From an uncultured virus (IMG/VR IMGVR_UViG_3300025949_000021) (lineage: Duplodnaviria > Heunggongvirae > Uroviricota > Caudoviricetes): a stretch of DNA of 64,000 bases. This document shows positions 55,531 through 64,000 of the stretch, piece after piece (the stretch's first letter is position 1; every line of letters starts with the position of its first letter). Made by a program: the position numbers and the translations under genes. The notes beneath the pieces were generated by a model that was not told where the DNA came from, did not search any database, and worked only from the letters and a program-made list of their open reading frames with translations. The stretch lies in the IMG/VR virus record IMGVR_UViG_3300025949_000021. One strand, 5' to 3'.

Positions 55531-56562
55531 ATGGCAACCCAAGACGATCTGCGGGGGGAATTGGAAAGCGTTTTTGATGCTGCTCCTGCCCCTGCTCAAG
55601 AAGTTGAACAGCCAGTAGTTGAAACAACATCAGAAACACAAGCTGAGACAGAAGCGCGCCAGCGTGACGAATCAGGCCGATTCAAAGCGAAAGATGCATC
55701 TGTCCAAGATCCTTCCGTACAAAATGCAGCGGCTGAACAAACAGCAGCAGCACTAGAAACAAAGCCAGAAGAAAAGCAGATTGATATTACCCGCGCTCCT
55801 TCTAGCTGGAAGAAAGAGACAGCGGAATTGTTCGCCACTCTTCCTCCTGATGTGCAAGCTGAAATTCATCGCCGTGAAACAGACTTCCATAAAGGCTACG
55901 GCAAACAGTTTGAGGAAAGCCCTGCATACAAGCAAATGGCTCCTTTGGCTGAGGCTGGTTCTCGTTTTACTCAAATTGCCGAACAATACAAGGAAAATTA
56001 TAAGCAATTCGGGATTACTGGAGAACAGGCAATCGGAGAGTTATTCAAAATGGATAACGATCTAAAAAATGCGCCTCCAGCAGTAAAGTTTGAAAAGTTT
56101 ATGGGATTGGCTCGATATTATGGGATCGACCTAAATCAGCAATTCGCTCCAGAAGTTGCGCAGATGCAGCAACGTATGTATGAACTTGAGCAACAAAATA
56201 AGCAGTATTTAGAAGGACAGCAAACCCGCGAAATGCAAGCTGTAACCAGCGAGATTCAAAAGTTTGCCGAAGCACCAGGCCATGAACATTTTGACAAAGT
56301 TCGTATGCATATGAAAGCCTTGATTGATGGCGGACAGGCAAACGATTTGCAGGATGCTTATGACCAAGCAGTTTATGCCAATCCAGAAACACGGAAAGCT
56401 TTGCTCGAACAGCAAACCCGTGCGGCACAGGAACAAGCTAATGCCCATCGTGCGAAATCCGCAGCAGTGAGCGTTAAAGGTTCTTCGCCAGCATCAGGTA
56501 TGGCCTCTCAGCCTAAGAACTCGTTGCGAGACGAAATCTCGGCTGCTTTCGAACAATCTTAA
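55531..56562 (+). CDS. Scaffolding protein
   Basis: One visible aa difference from 16890-17921. Confidence 0.8.
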   Translation: MATQDDLRGELESVFDAAPAPAQEVEQPVVETTSETQAETEARQRDESGRFKAKDASVQDPSVQNAAAEQTAAALETKPEEKQIDITRAPSSWKKETAELFATLPPDVQAEIHRRETDFHKGYGKQFEESPAYKQMAPLAEAGSRFTQIAEQYKENYKQFGITGEQAIGELFKMDNDLKNAPPAVKFEKFMGLARYYGIDLNQQFAPEVAQMQQRMYELEQQNKQYLEGQQTREMQAVTSEIQKFAEAPGHEHFDKVRMHMKALIDGGQANDLQDAYDQAVYANPETRKALLEQQTRAAQEQANAHRAKSAAVSVKGSSPASGMASQPKNSLRDEISAAFEQS

Positions 56563-56573
56563 AGGAGTTTTAA

Positions 56574-57563
56574 ATGGCATTCCCCAATCTGACAGATATT
56601 GTCACTACCACGATTCAAAATCGTTCCGGCAAGCTCGCCGACAACACATTGAAAAACAATGCATTGCTTCAATACCTGAACTCGAAAGGTAACGTTAAGC
56701 CATTCTCTGGCGGTAACGTGATCCTTCAAGAGTTGATGTATAACGATCCAAATACTCAGAATGCAAGTTCGTATTCTGGTTATGATGTGATCGACATTAC
56801 CCCGAATAGCCCGCTGACCGCGCCACAATATGACATCAAGCAATATGCCGCTGCTGTCACTATCTCTGGCCTGGAACAGTTGATGAACTCGGGTAAGGAA
56901 GCAATCATCGACTTGCTGGAAGGCCGCATCATGGTCGCCGAAAAGCAGTTGATGAATCAAATCTCTGCCGGTGTTTATTCGGACGGTACAGGTAACGGCG
57001 GCAAAGATATTACTGGTCTTGCTGCTGCAATCTCAACCACCCCGACAACTGGTACTTACGGTGGTATTAACCGTGCTACTTGGACTTTCTGGCGGAACGT
57101 TGCATTCTCGGCTGTCACTGATGGTGGCGCACCGGCGAATGCTTCGAACATCCAGTCGTACATGAACCGTACAATCCTGCAAACTGTTCGTGGTACAGAC
57201 TCCCCTGATCTGTGCGTTGCGGATAACAACTACTACCGCCTGTTCCTGGAATCGTTGCAAGCTATCCAGCGCGTGACTACCGAGGAAGATGCTGGTGCAG
57301 GCTTCTCCAGCTTGGCATACTACGGTGCAGGCAAGAAGATGATGGTTCGTCTGGACGGCGGTATCGGCGGGTCGATTCCAACAAACCGTATGTACTTCCT
57401 GAACACCGATTACATCTTCTTCCGTCCTCACCGTGACCGCAATATGGTCCCAATTGGCGGTGATCGTCAGTCGGTCAACCAAGACGCAATTGTCAAGCTG
57501 ATTGGTTGGGCTGGTAATCTCACTACATCCGGCTCGCAATTCCAAGCCGTTCTTGGCGCTTAA
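56574..57563 (+). CDS. Major capsid protein
   Basis: Homologue of 17933-18922. Confidence 0.9.
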   Translation: MAFPNLTDIVTTTIQNRSGKLADNTLKNNALLQYLNSKGNVKPFSGGNVILQELMYNDPNTQNASSYSGYDVIDITPNSPLTAPQYDIKQYAAAVTISGLEQLMNSGKEAIIDLLEGRIMVAEKQLMNQISAGVYSDGTGNGGKDITGLAAAISTTPTTGTYGGINRATWTFWRNVAFSAVTDGGAPANASNIQSYMNRTILQTVRGTDSPDLCVADNNYYRLFLESLQAIQRVTTEEDAGAGFSSLAYYGAGKKMMVRLDGGIGGSIPTNRMYFLNTDYIFFRPHRDRNMVPIGGDRQSVNQDAIVKLIGWAGNLTTSGSQFQAVLGA

Positions 57564-57580
57564 GAAAGAAAGGATAAATC

Positions 57581-57880
57581 ATGGCTGCACCATTTACCTC
57601 TACCCCCAAACTGGGGGTTAAAACTCTTGTCACAGTTCTGGCGACAGACATTGCTTCGGGCGCTGACAAGCCTCAACAACGTCTTGGCGATCAGATTTGG
57701 GGAAGCGACGGCAAACGTTATGTGTACGCACAAGCAAATGCCTCTATCTCTGCTTCTACAGCAGTTTGCACAATCAGCCCTACGACCTTCCTAGTAACAG
57801 CGACAGGTGGCGCGTATACTTCTCCTGCGACTGCTATGGTCACTGGCGATCAAGGTTGGTTCAGCGCAGCATCTGTTTAA
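57581..57880 (+). CDS. Putative decoration protein
   Basis: Homologue of 18940-19239. Confidence 0.65.
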   Translation: MAAPFTSTPKLGVKTLVTVLATDIASGADKPQQRLGDQIWGSDGKRYVYAQANASISASTAVCTISPTTFLVTATGGAYTSPATAMVTGDQGWFSAASV

Positions 57881-57889
57881 GGAGTCATT

Positions 57890-58276
57890 ATGCCCGGCCT
57901 AATCAAAACATTGATGGGCAGTGGCTTTTCTGGTCAACAAGCAATCGCCTTGAATGGGTATAGCACTGCTGGCGCAACCGCCACAGGCTCTACCCAAGGC
58001 ACTGCTTATGCGATTCAGACAGAGTTCACTGAGTTTACAACTGTAGCAGCATCGACCGGCGCAATTCTCCCGGCCTCTACTGCTACTTCTGGCATCGTTG
58101 GTGGTGATAGCTTTTTTATCGCTAATCAAGGTGTAAATGCTTTGTCGGTATATCCCCCTACTGGTGGCTCTATCGGCTTGGCAGCAACAAACACAGCTGT
58201 CTCTGTCGCTTCTGGCAAGACAGCTTATTTCGTAGCCAAGGGTAACGGCGTTTATTACGCTGTCCTATCGGCTTAA
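57890..58276 (+). CDS. Putative decoration protein
   Basis: Homologue of 19249-19635. Confidence 0.65.
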   Translation: MPGLIKTLMGSGFSGQQAIALNGYSTAGATATGSTQGTAYAIQTEFTEFTTVAASTGAILPASTATSGIVGGDSFFIANQGVNALSVYPPTGGSIGLAATNTAVSVASGKTAYFVAKGNGVYYAVLSA

Positions 58277-58282
58277 TTTTAT

Positions 58283-58301
58283 GCCCCTTCGGGGGCTTTT
58301 T
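58283..58301 (+). terminator. Intrinsic terminator
   Basis: GC stem around a cTTCGg loop, followed by T5. Confidence 0.8.
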
Positions 58302-58315
58302 ATTGGAGATATACA

Positions 58316-58891
58316 GTGGACAACTTCGCAAGTATGTCGGCAGATCGCGTAAGTGATGCAGCTTTGCATGTCGAGTTTTATACAGATGCATTGCAAAGTG
58401 GTTATAAGAGTGAGCAGGCAGGGCATCCGGTTTTTGATGATGTTGAAATGATTCGGATCATCACACCGGGGGACAGCAAAACCATCATTGAAACAAAGGT
58501 TGATGAAACCCATAAATTCCGATTTGCAAGTCATTACAAGCGATTTAAAGATGGTCTTGTAAATGTCGTCAGTGGCTGGGCATTGAAAGAATGGCCTGTA
58601 ATTACGGCTTCTCAGGTAAAACTTCTGAATTACCACAACGTAATGACGGTTGAACAACTGTCTACAATTTCTGATCAAGCATGCAATACGATTGGTATGG
58701 GCATGATGGAATTGCGGACGAAGGCTAAAGCTGCGTTGTCTGCCGCTGCTGGGAATGCAGAAAATGAAGCGCGAGCTTTACGTGAAGAAAATCTTCAACG
58801 CGAACTAGACAGTATGAAGTCGCAACTCGCCGCATTGAATACTGCTGCACTCGACAACAAACGCGGCCCAGGCCGTCCGAAAGCTGAATAA
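58316..58891 (+). CDS. Conserved head-region protein
   Basis: Homologue of 19680-20246. Confidence 0.8.
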   Translation: MDNFASMSADRVSDAALHVEFYTDALQSGYKSEQAGHPVFDDVEMIRIITPGDSKTIIETKVDETHKFRFASHYKRFKDGLVNVVSGWALKEWPVITASQVKLLNYHNVMTVEQLSTISDQACNTIGMGMMELRTKAKAALSAAAGNAENEARALREENLQRELDSMKSQLAALNTAALDNKRGPGRPKAE

Positions 58892-59794
58892 ATGAGCATG
58901 ACCCTCCTGCAACTTATCCAGCAAACATGCCAAGAGTTGGCGCTTGATTCGCCTTCTCTTGTAGTCGGCAGTCAGGATCAGCAAACGGTGCAGTTGTTTG
59001 CATTGCTGAACCGCCATGGTCATGACCTCACCCGAAATTTTGAGTGGGAGAAATTGGATAAGCAATATTTGCTGACGACTGTTGCCTACAATCTTGTAGG
59101 TAACACCGTTGCAGGATCGGCCATCATTACAGGGGTCCCAAGCACGGCGAATCTCTCTGTTAATTTCGGAGTAACGGGTTTGGGCATTAATCCGTTTGCT
59201 CAAATTCTTAGCATTGATTCTGCTACGCAAGTGACGATGGACCAACCAGCAACTATGACGCAAAGTCAGACATTGCAGTTTTCTCAGGTCGGCTATCCGC
59301 TCCCTAGTGACTGGTTAAAGCAGATTCCACAGACAGAGTGGGATCGCACAAATAGATGGCCTCTGATGGGCCCTAAATCGCCACAGGAGTGGCAATCGTA
59401 TAAATCTGGTGTCGTATATGCAGGACCACGCGAGCGCTTCCGTATTCAAGCTAATGCAATTCAGATTAGCCCGCCACCTCCTAATGCCTTGATCTTTGCT
59501 TATGAGTATATTTCGGCTAATTGGGCATATAGCGCAGCTAATGTGGGCAAGCCATATTTCACCGCCGATACAGATACTTGCATCTATGATGATTCGTTGA
59601 TGGTTGCCGGTCTAAAACTTCGGTGGATGCAAGCGAAGGGCTTAGATTACTCATTCAATGCTTCTGAATATGGCGCATTGCTTCAAGCTTGTATGGCCCA
59701 AGATAAGAGTGCGCCTAAGCTTAGTTTGTCTCCCGTATATGGAGATATCCTGCTTACGGAATTTAACGTGCAGGATGGCAATTACCCAGGATAA
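58892..59794 (+). CDS. Head-tail adaptor
   Basis: Homologue of 20247-21155. Confidence 0.7.
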   Translation: MSMTLLQLIQQTCQELALDSPSLVVGSQDQQTVQLFALLNRHGHDLTRNFEWEKLDKQYLLTTVAYNLVGNTVAGSAIITGVPSTANLSVNFGVTGLGINPFAQILSIDSATQVTMDQPATMTQSQTLQFSQVGYPLPSDWLKQIPQTEWDRTNRWPLMGPKSPQEWQSYKSGVVYAGPRERFRIQANAIQISPPPPNALIFAYEYISANWAYSAANVGKPYFTADTDTCIYDDSLMVAGLKLRWMQAKGLDYSFNASEYGALLQACMAQDKSAPKLSLSPVYGDILLTEFNVQDGNYPG

Positions 59795-60312
59795 ATATTT
59801 ATCGAAGGCCAAGTTCTGCGATGAAGTACGTTTTCAATAGAGCTTTCAGAGAATTTAACAATTTCAGCAATTTTTTTGTTGGTAAGACGGGATTCTTTAA
59901 GAAGAAATATATGCCTCACAGTCTCTTCTGTCATTCGAGCATTCCCATATGTAGCATAATTTGATTTAAGCACATTTACGCTATGCTCTATATTTTCAGA
60001 GTGGGTAACACACTCTAAATTTGTTAAAAAATTGTCATCCCTGACACCATTAAGATGATTGATTTCTTTGTCCGCTGGTATTGGATGCTTGAAAGATTCG
60101 AACACTACTCGATGTATTAAAGGATGGGTTGCTTTGCCATTTTTAAAGAAGCAAACTCGTAAATAGCCATCTTGTGTAATACCGGGCTTTAAAATTCGTT
60201 CTTTTCGGAATTTTCCAAGAGAATCAACACGCGCAATAGATTTTACGATTCCAGTACTAGAAACGTAATATTGATCTTCATATCCATAAACAGGGACAAA
60301 GAAATATTCCAT
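59782..60312 (-). CDS. NUMOD4-HNH homing endonuclease, antisense insertion
   Basis: V.GYE..Y.VS..G.VKS, HR.V...F, EINH.NG...DN...NLE.VT.SEN. Confidence 0.92.
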   Translation of the reverse strand: MEYFFVPVYGYEDQYYVSSTGIVKSIARVDSLGKFRKERILKPGITQDGYLRVCFFKNGKATHPLIHRVVFESFKHPIPADKEINHLNGVRDDNFLTNLECVTHSENIEHSVNVLKSNYATYGNARMTEETVRHIFLLKESRLTNKKIAEIVKFSESSIENVLHRRTWPSINIYPG

Positions 60313-60366
60313 GGGAAATCCTAATCTGATTGAATATGATTATTATACAGGTAATTGGGGAAACTA

Positions 60367-61887
60367 ATGGCAACAGCATCTAAGAATCTTCCGGCTCCTG
60401 TAGGAGGTCTTAATGATAGGGATTCGTTACAAGATATGCCGCCTCAAGATGCGGTTATTCTTGAAAACTGGTTTCCTTATCCTTCCCAAGTAGGTATCCG
60501 AAAAGGCTGTACAAATTGGGCAACTGGTTTTTCTTCCACCGTAGAAACTGTTGTGGATTATGCGCCTCCGACAGGGAATATTAAGCTGTTCGCCGCTTCG
60601 GCTGGGAATATCTACGATGTAACATCCTCCGGTGCAATTGGTGCACCTGTAGTAACAGGGCAGATTAGCAACCGCTGGCAAGATGCTGCGATTACAACGC
60701 CAGGAGGTAGTTTTCTTTACCTATTTAATGGGGTGGATAAGCCACAGCTTTATAACGGCACAACTTGGACGGCAATTGATGGAGCAAGCACGCCTGCAAT
60801 TACAGGTGTTACTACTACACTTCTTGTTCAAGGCTGTTTATTTAAAAATCGTCTTTGGATGGCGGAAACAAATGCATTACGTGCTTGGTATCTTCCGGTC
60901 AATTCGATTGGCGGTGCAGCAAACCAATTTGATCTTGGTTCGGTATTTAGAAAAGGTGGTTTTTTAGTTGCTATTACAGCATGGACTATTGATGCAGGCG
61001 ACGGCGCAGATGACCATTTGGTTTTTGTATCGTCAAATGGAGAGTTTGCTGTTTATAGCGGTACAGACCCATCAACAGCCGCGACATTTCAGCTTGTCGG
61101 TGTTTATACAATTGGCCGTCCTATCGGCCGCCGTTGCTGCACTAAATTGGCGGGCGATATCCTAGTGATGACAGAAGAAGGGTTATACCCATTAAGCAAA
61201 GGTCTCCTTTCGGCAACAATTGATAAACGAGCATCTATTACAGACAAAATACAAAATGGCATTTCTGCTGCTGTAACTCAATACAGGAATAACTTTGGGT
61301 GGATACCACTTTTGTTCAATAATATGAATATGGTTATCCTAAATGTACCTGCTGGCAATGGGCAGAATTTCCAATACGTACAAAATACGATTACCGGAGC
61401 ATGGGCAAAATTCACAGCCTGGAATGCCACTAGCTGGCGTGATACATCCGCAGGTTTGTATTATGGGAATCAAAATTCTGTTCAATTGGCGTGGGTAGGA
61501 TCAACGGATAATAGTTCTCAGATTGTTGCTGACGCACTGCCATCGTTCCAAACCTTTGGTTCGAGCGCGCAGCGTAAATACTTCACGATGGTAAAGCCAT
61601 ATCTTACAACGACTGGTATCCCGTCTATTGTCTACGGACTTAATATTGATTACATGATTTCAGATGTGACCGGCGTATTTTCATATACAGCACCATCTGG
61701 GATGATATGGGGGCAGATGTTTTGGGGGTCTATGTTTTGGGGTGGCGGACAACGATCTTTTACAAGTTGGAAAACGGTTGGGGATTGGGCGCAATCTGCT
61801 GCTTTACGCATCAAAGTGCAAGGTAATGCAGGGGACGTTTATTGGCAGGCTACTGATTATCTTTATCAGAAGGGCGGGATTCTTTAA
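60367..61887 (+). CDS. Tail nozzle/stabilisation protein
   Basis: Homologue of 21155-22675. Confidence 0.75.
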   Translation: MATASKNLPAPVGGLNDRDSLQDMPPQDAVILENWFPYPSQVGIRKGCTNWATGFSSTVETVVDYAPPTGNIKLFAASAGNIYDVTSSGAIGAPVVTGQISNRWQDAAITTPGGSFLYLFNGVDKPQLYNGTTWTAIDGASTPAITGVTTTLLVQGCLFKNRLWMAETNALRAWYLPVNSIGGAANQFDLGSVFRKGGFLVAITAWTIDAGDGADDHLVFVSSNGEFAVYSGTDPSTAATFQLVGVYTIGRPIGRRCCTKLAGDILVMTEEGLYPLSKGLLSATIDKRASITDKIQNGISAAVTQYRNNFGWIPLLFNNMNMVILNVPAGNGQNFQYVQNTITGAWAKFTAWNATSWRDTSAGLYYGNQNSVQLAWVGSTDNSSQIVADALPSFQTFGSSAQRKYFTMVKPYLTTTGIPSIVYGLNIDYMISDVTGVFSYTAPSGMIWGQMFWGSMFWGGGQRSFTSWKTVGDWAQSAALRIKVQGNAGDVYWQATDYLYQKGGIL

Positions 61888-62300
61888 TGGTTGTCATAGA
61901 ACAGCATCCAGCTTTCTACGAGTTCATTAATCATATTTTAAAAGTAAAATTCACCCCCGAAAACGCAAAAGTTATCGCATCTGTAACACAAGATTGTCAG
62001 ATAATGGGAGTGACAGCATTTTCACGGTTTTCTGAACATAATTGTGAATTGAGCGTTGCAAGTTCAACGCCTAGATTCATGACTAAAGAGTATTTACGAG
62101 CTGTATTTCATTATCCGTTCATAACGTGCGGTAAGCGAAGAATCACGGCAATTATTGAAGATGACAATCATCGTGCACAAGAAATTGATAAGCGGTTAGG
62201 TTTTGTCTATGAGGCTACATTGAAGAATTGGTATGGCGAAAAAGACGGAATTGTTATGCGCATGTTGAATGATGAATGTACTTGGATCAAGGATAAATAA
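61887..62300 (+). CDS. GNAT-fold protein
   Basis: Homologue of 22675-23088. Confidence 0.75.
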   Translation: MVVIEQHPAFYEFINHILKVKFTPENAKVIASVTQDCQIMGVTAFSRFSEHNCELSVASSTPRFMTKEYLRAVFHYPFITCGKRRITAIIEDDNHRAQEIDKRLGFVYEATLKNWYGEKDGIVMRMLNDECTWIKDK

Positions 62301-63160
62301 TGCGATTGCTTAATCGAGACGGATACGACGCTACAGGCCGTCGCTTATATTACAAAGATGCGCCAGATCCTGCGCCTGCTCCTGATTATAAAGGTGCTGC
62401 TGAGCAAACTGCTCAAGGCAATATTGAGGCAGCTCGTGCAGCGGCAAAAGCGAACCGCGTAAACACATATACACCCTACGGCAGTATTACTTATAACCAA
62501 CCTAATTCTGCTGATCCTGATCAATGGAATGCTAACGTAACTCTTGATCCTACCCAGCAAAAATTACTTGACCAGCAAAATCTGACAAGCTTGAATTTAG
62601 CTGGTCTACAAAACTCCGCATATGGCCGCGTCAATGATGCATTGAATGCCCCATATGCAGCGACATATGATCCGACTAAGGCAACCAATACAGCGTATGA
62701 ATCGCTGATGACTCGCCTAAATCCTCAGTATGAGCAACAGCAATCACAATTGGATCAGCGCTTGGCAAATCAAGGTATTACTCTAGGCTCTGAAGCATGG
62801 CGTAATGCTCAAAATCAGTTCGGTCAAACTCGTAATGATGCGCAAACGCAAGCAGCTTTGCAGGCGATCAACCTTGGAATGCAACAACAGCAACAGCAAT
62901 ACGGCCAAGAATCGACTAATCGCAATAATCCATTGAATGAATTGAATGCAATTCGAACAGGATCGCAGGTTACAAACCCATCGCAGATTAATGTTGCTCA
63001 ACAAGGCCAAACCGCAGGGGCTAACTATCTTGGGGCTGCACAAGGACAGGCCGGTTACGATCAAAGCATTTACAACGCTGGTGTAGGTAGCGCAAATGCA
63101 GGGAACTCGGCAACGGCTGGCTTGGCTGGTGCAGCGATCGGCGCGGCGGCTTTGTTCTGA
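62300..63160 (+). CDS. Ejection protein with leader
   Basis: Homologue of 23088-23948. Confidence 0.75.
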   Translation: MRLLNRDGYDATGRRLYYKDAPDPAPAPDYKGAAEQTAQGNIEAARAAAKANRVNTYTPYGSITYNQPNSADPDQWNANVTLDPTQQKLLDQQNLTSLNLAGLQNSAYGRVNDALNAPYAATYDPTKATNTAYESLMTRLNPQYEQQQSQLDQRLANQGITLGSEAWRNAQNQFGQTRNDAQTQAALQAINLGMQQQQQQYGQESTNRNNPLNELNAIRTGSQVTNPSQINVAQQGQTAGANYLGAAQGQAGYDQSIYNAGVGSANAGNSATAGLAGAAIGAAALF

Positions 63161-63804
63161 TGGACATTGATTTGATTGATGCTTTAACCCCAGCAATGGT
63201 TAATGCAGGACATAGGGTGCTACAAATTCACCGGTTTGCATCATCAGATGTTGAGCATGTAAGACGCTTGGAAAGATGGGCAGATTTCCCGTTAAATTCG
63301 AATGTAATTGATATGGGTAGTGGTACTGGAGAGGTTGCCAGGATACTAGGAAGAAAACGGCCTGACTTGTTTTTCACTTTGGTTAACCTAAGCGAGGTTC
63401 AATTACGATATTCTCCAAAAAACTGCAAATGGATTCATGGCGACTTTCTAAATGTTGATGAAAAAAACGGCGTCTTTGATGCAGTTATGTTTTGCTTCTC
63501 CATTGGTCACGAAGACCACGAAGCCGCATTGAAAGAAGCCTGCCGATTACTTAAAGTTGGTGGCGTTTTGTTTGTATATGACATGGTGAGAGTAAGCGGC
63601 TCTAATGAATCAATGGCTTCTGTTGAATACACGGTTCTTTCTAGAGGTGAATTTGAATCTATCGCAGTCGATAATGGATTCAAACTTGATCTTTACATTG
63701 AGCCAAAAGATTGCGGAGAATATGGAAAATCTGTTTTAGGAGATGCATTTGAAGAAGTTTTCAATGGGACAATTCCTGCTATTTGGAGAATGATTAAATG
63801 CTAA
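63160..63804 (+). CDS. Class I SAM-dependent methyltransferase
   Basis: Homologue of 23948-24592. Confidence 0.9.
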   Translation: MDIDLIDALTPAMVNAGHRVLQIHRFASSDVEHVRRLERWADFPLNSNVIDMGSGTGEVARILGRKRPDLFFTLVNLSEVQLRYSPKNCKWIHGDFLNVDEKNGVFDAVMFCFSIGHEDHEAALKEACRLLKVGGVLFVYDMVRVSGSNESMASVEYTVLSRGEFESIAVDNGFKLDLYIEPKDCGEYGKSVLGDAFEEVFNGTIPAIWRMIKC

Positions 63805-64000
63805 AGAAGGCATTGCAATTCTCAGGTGGGAAAGACTCCCTGGCATGCTTGTATTTGCTAAAGCCAATATGGGATGAGTTACTAGTGGTTTGGGGAAATA
63901 CAGGCTCGGCCTATCCTGAAACAATCAAACTCATGGATAAAGTGAGATCATTGGTCCCGCACTTCTTGGAAGTAAAAAGCAATCAACCGGATTACATAGC
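63798..64000 (+). CDS. PAPS/APS-reductase-family protein (5' part)
   Basis: MLKKALQFSGGKDSLAC; runs off window end. Confidence 0.88.
   Translation, partial: MLKKALQFSGGKDSLACLYLLKPIWDELLVVWGNTGSAYPETIKLMDKVRSLVPHFLEVKSNQPDYI

Larger units (their letters stand above)
38675..64000. mobile_element. Phage genome unit 2, a diverged relative of unit 1, running off the window end
   Basis: Collinear homologues at offsets of about 38.6-39.2 kb (terL 12740/51375, capsid 17933/56574, MTase 23948/63160). Confidence 0.93.

Noticed and set aside
1..64000. Simple assembly duplication of one genome
   Set aside because: Copies differ by many synonymous changes and whole gene swaps, so two distinct genomes are present

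Overview
The window contains only phage sequence. It holds about 1.65 head-to-tail units (period about 38.6-39.2 kb) of two related but clearly different podovirus-like genomes with lambdoid organisation. The SSB looks betaproteobacterial, which is an inference about the host. Each unit has a leftward early operon (Ala-repeat protein, putative annealing protein, YqaJ exonuclease, HNH, SSB, accessory genes) and a divergent promoter region with one small HTH gene. A rightward nin-like operon follows, then a Q-like gene with a pR'/tR'-like site, and a late operon (terS, terL, portal, scaffold, capsid, adaptor, nozzle, GNAT, ejection proteins, tail fibre, lysis). I found no integrase, CI repressor, att site, helicase, polymerase or host gene. 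Core late genes of the two units are near-identical in protein but synonymously diverged, except for one apparently identical stretch of about 840 bp over the scaffold gene. That suggests a cointegrate or an assembly join of two circular genomes. Comparing the units shows the most unusual biology: (1) two arrays of structured ncRNA modules whose junctions are conserved while the modules are swapped (C4-like RNAs, tRNA-like folds, a tRNA-Tyr); (2) a large structured non-coding region where a replication initiator would normally be; (3) a conserved SAM methyltransferase plus Fe-S PAPS-reductase-like pair among the ejection genes; (4) a C5 methyltransferase split across two fully overlapping frames; (5) a signal-peptide-bearing tail-fibre-like protein. 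All calls come from reading motifs by eye, with no searches or folding programs run.
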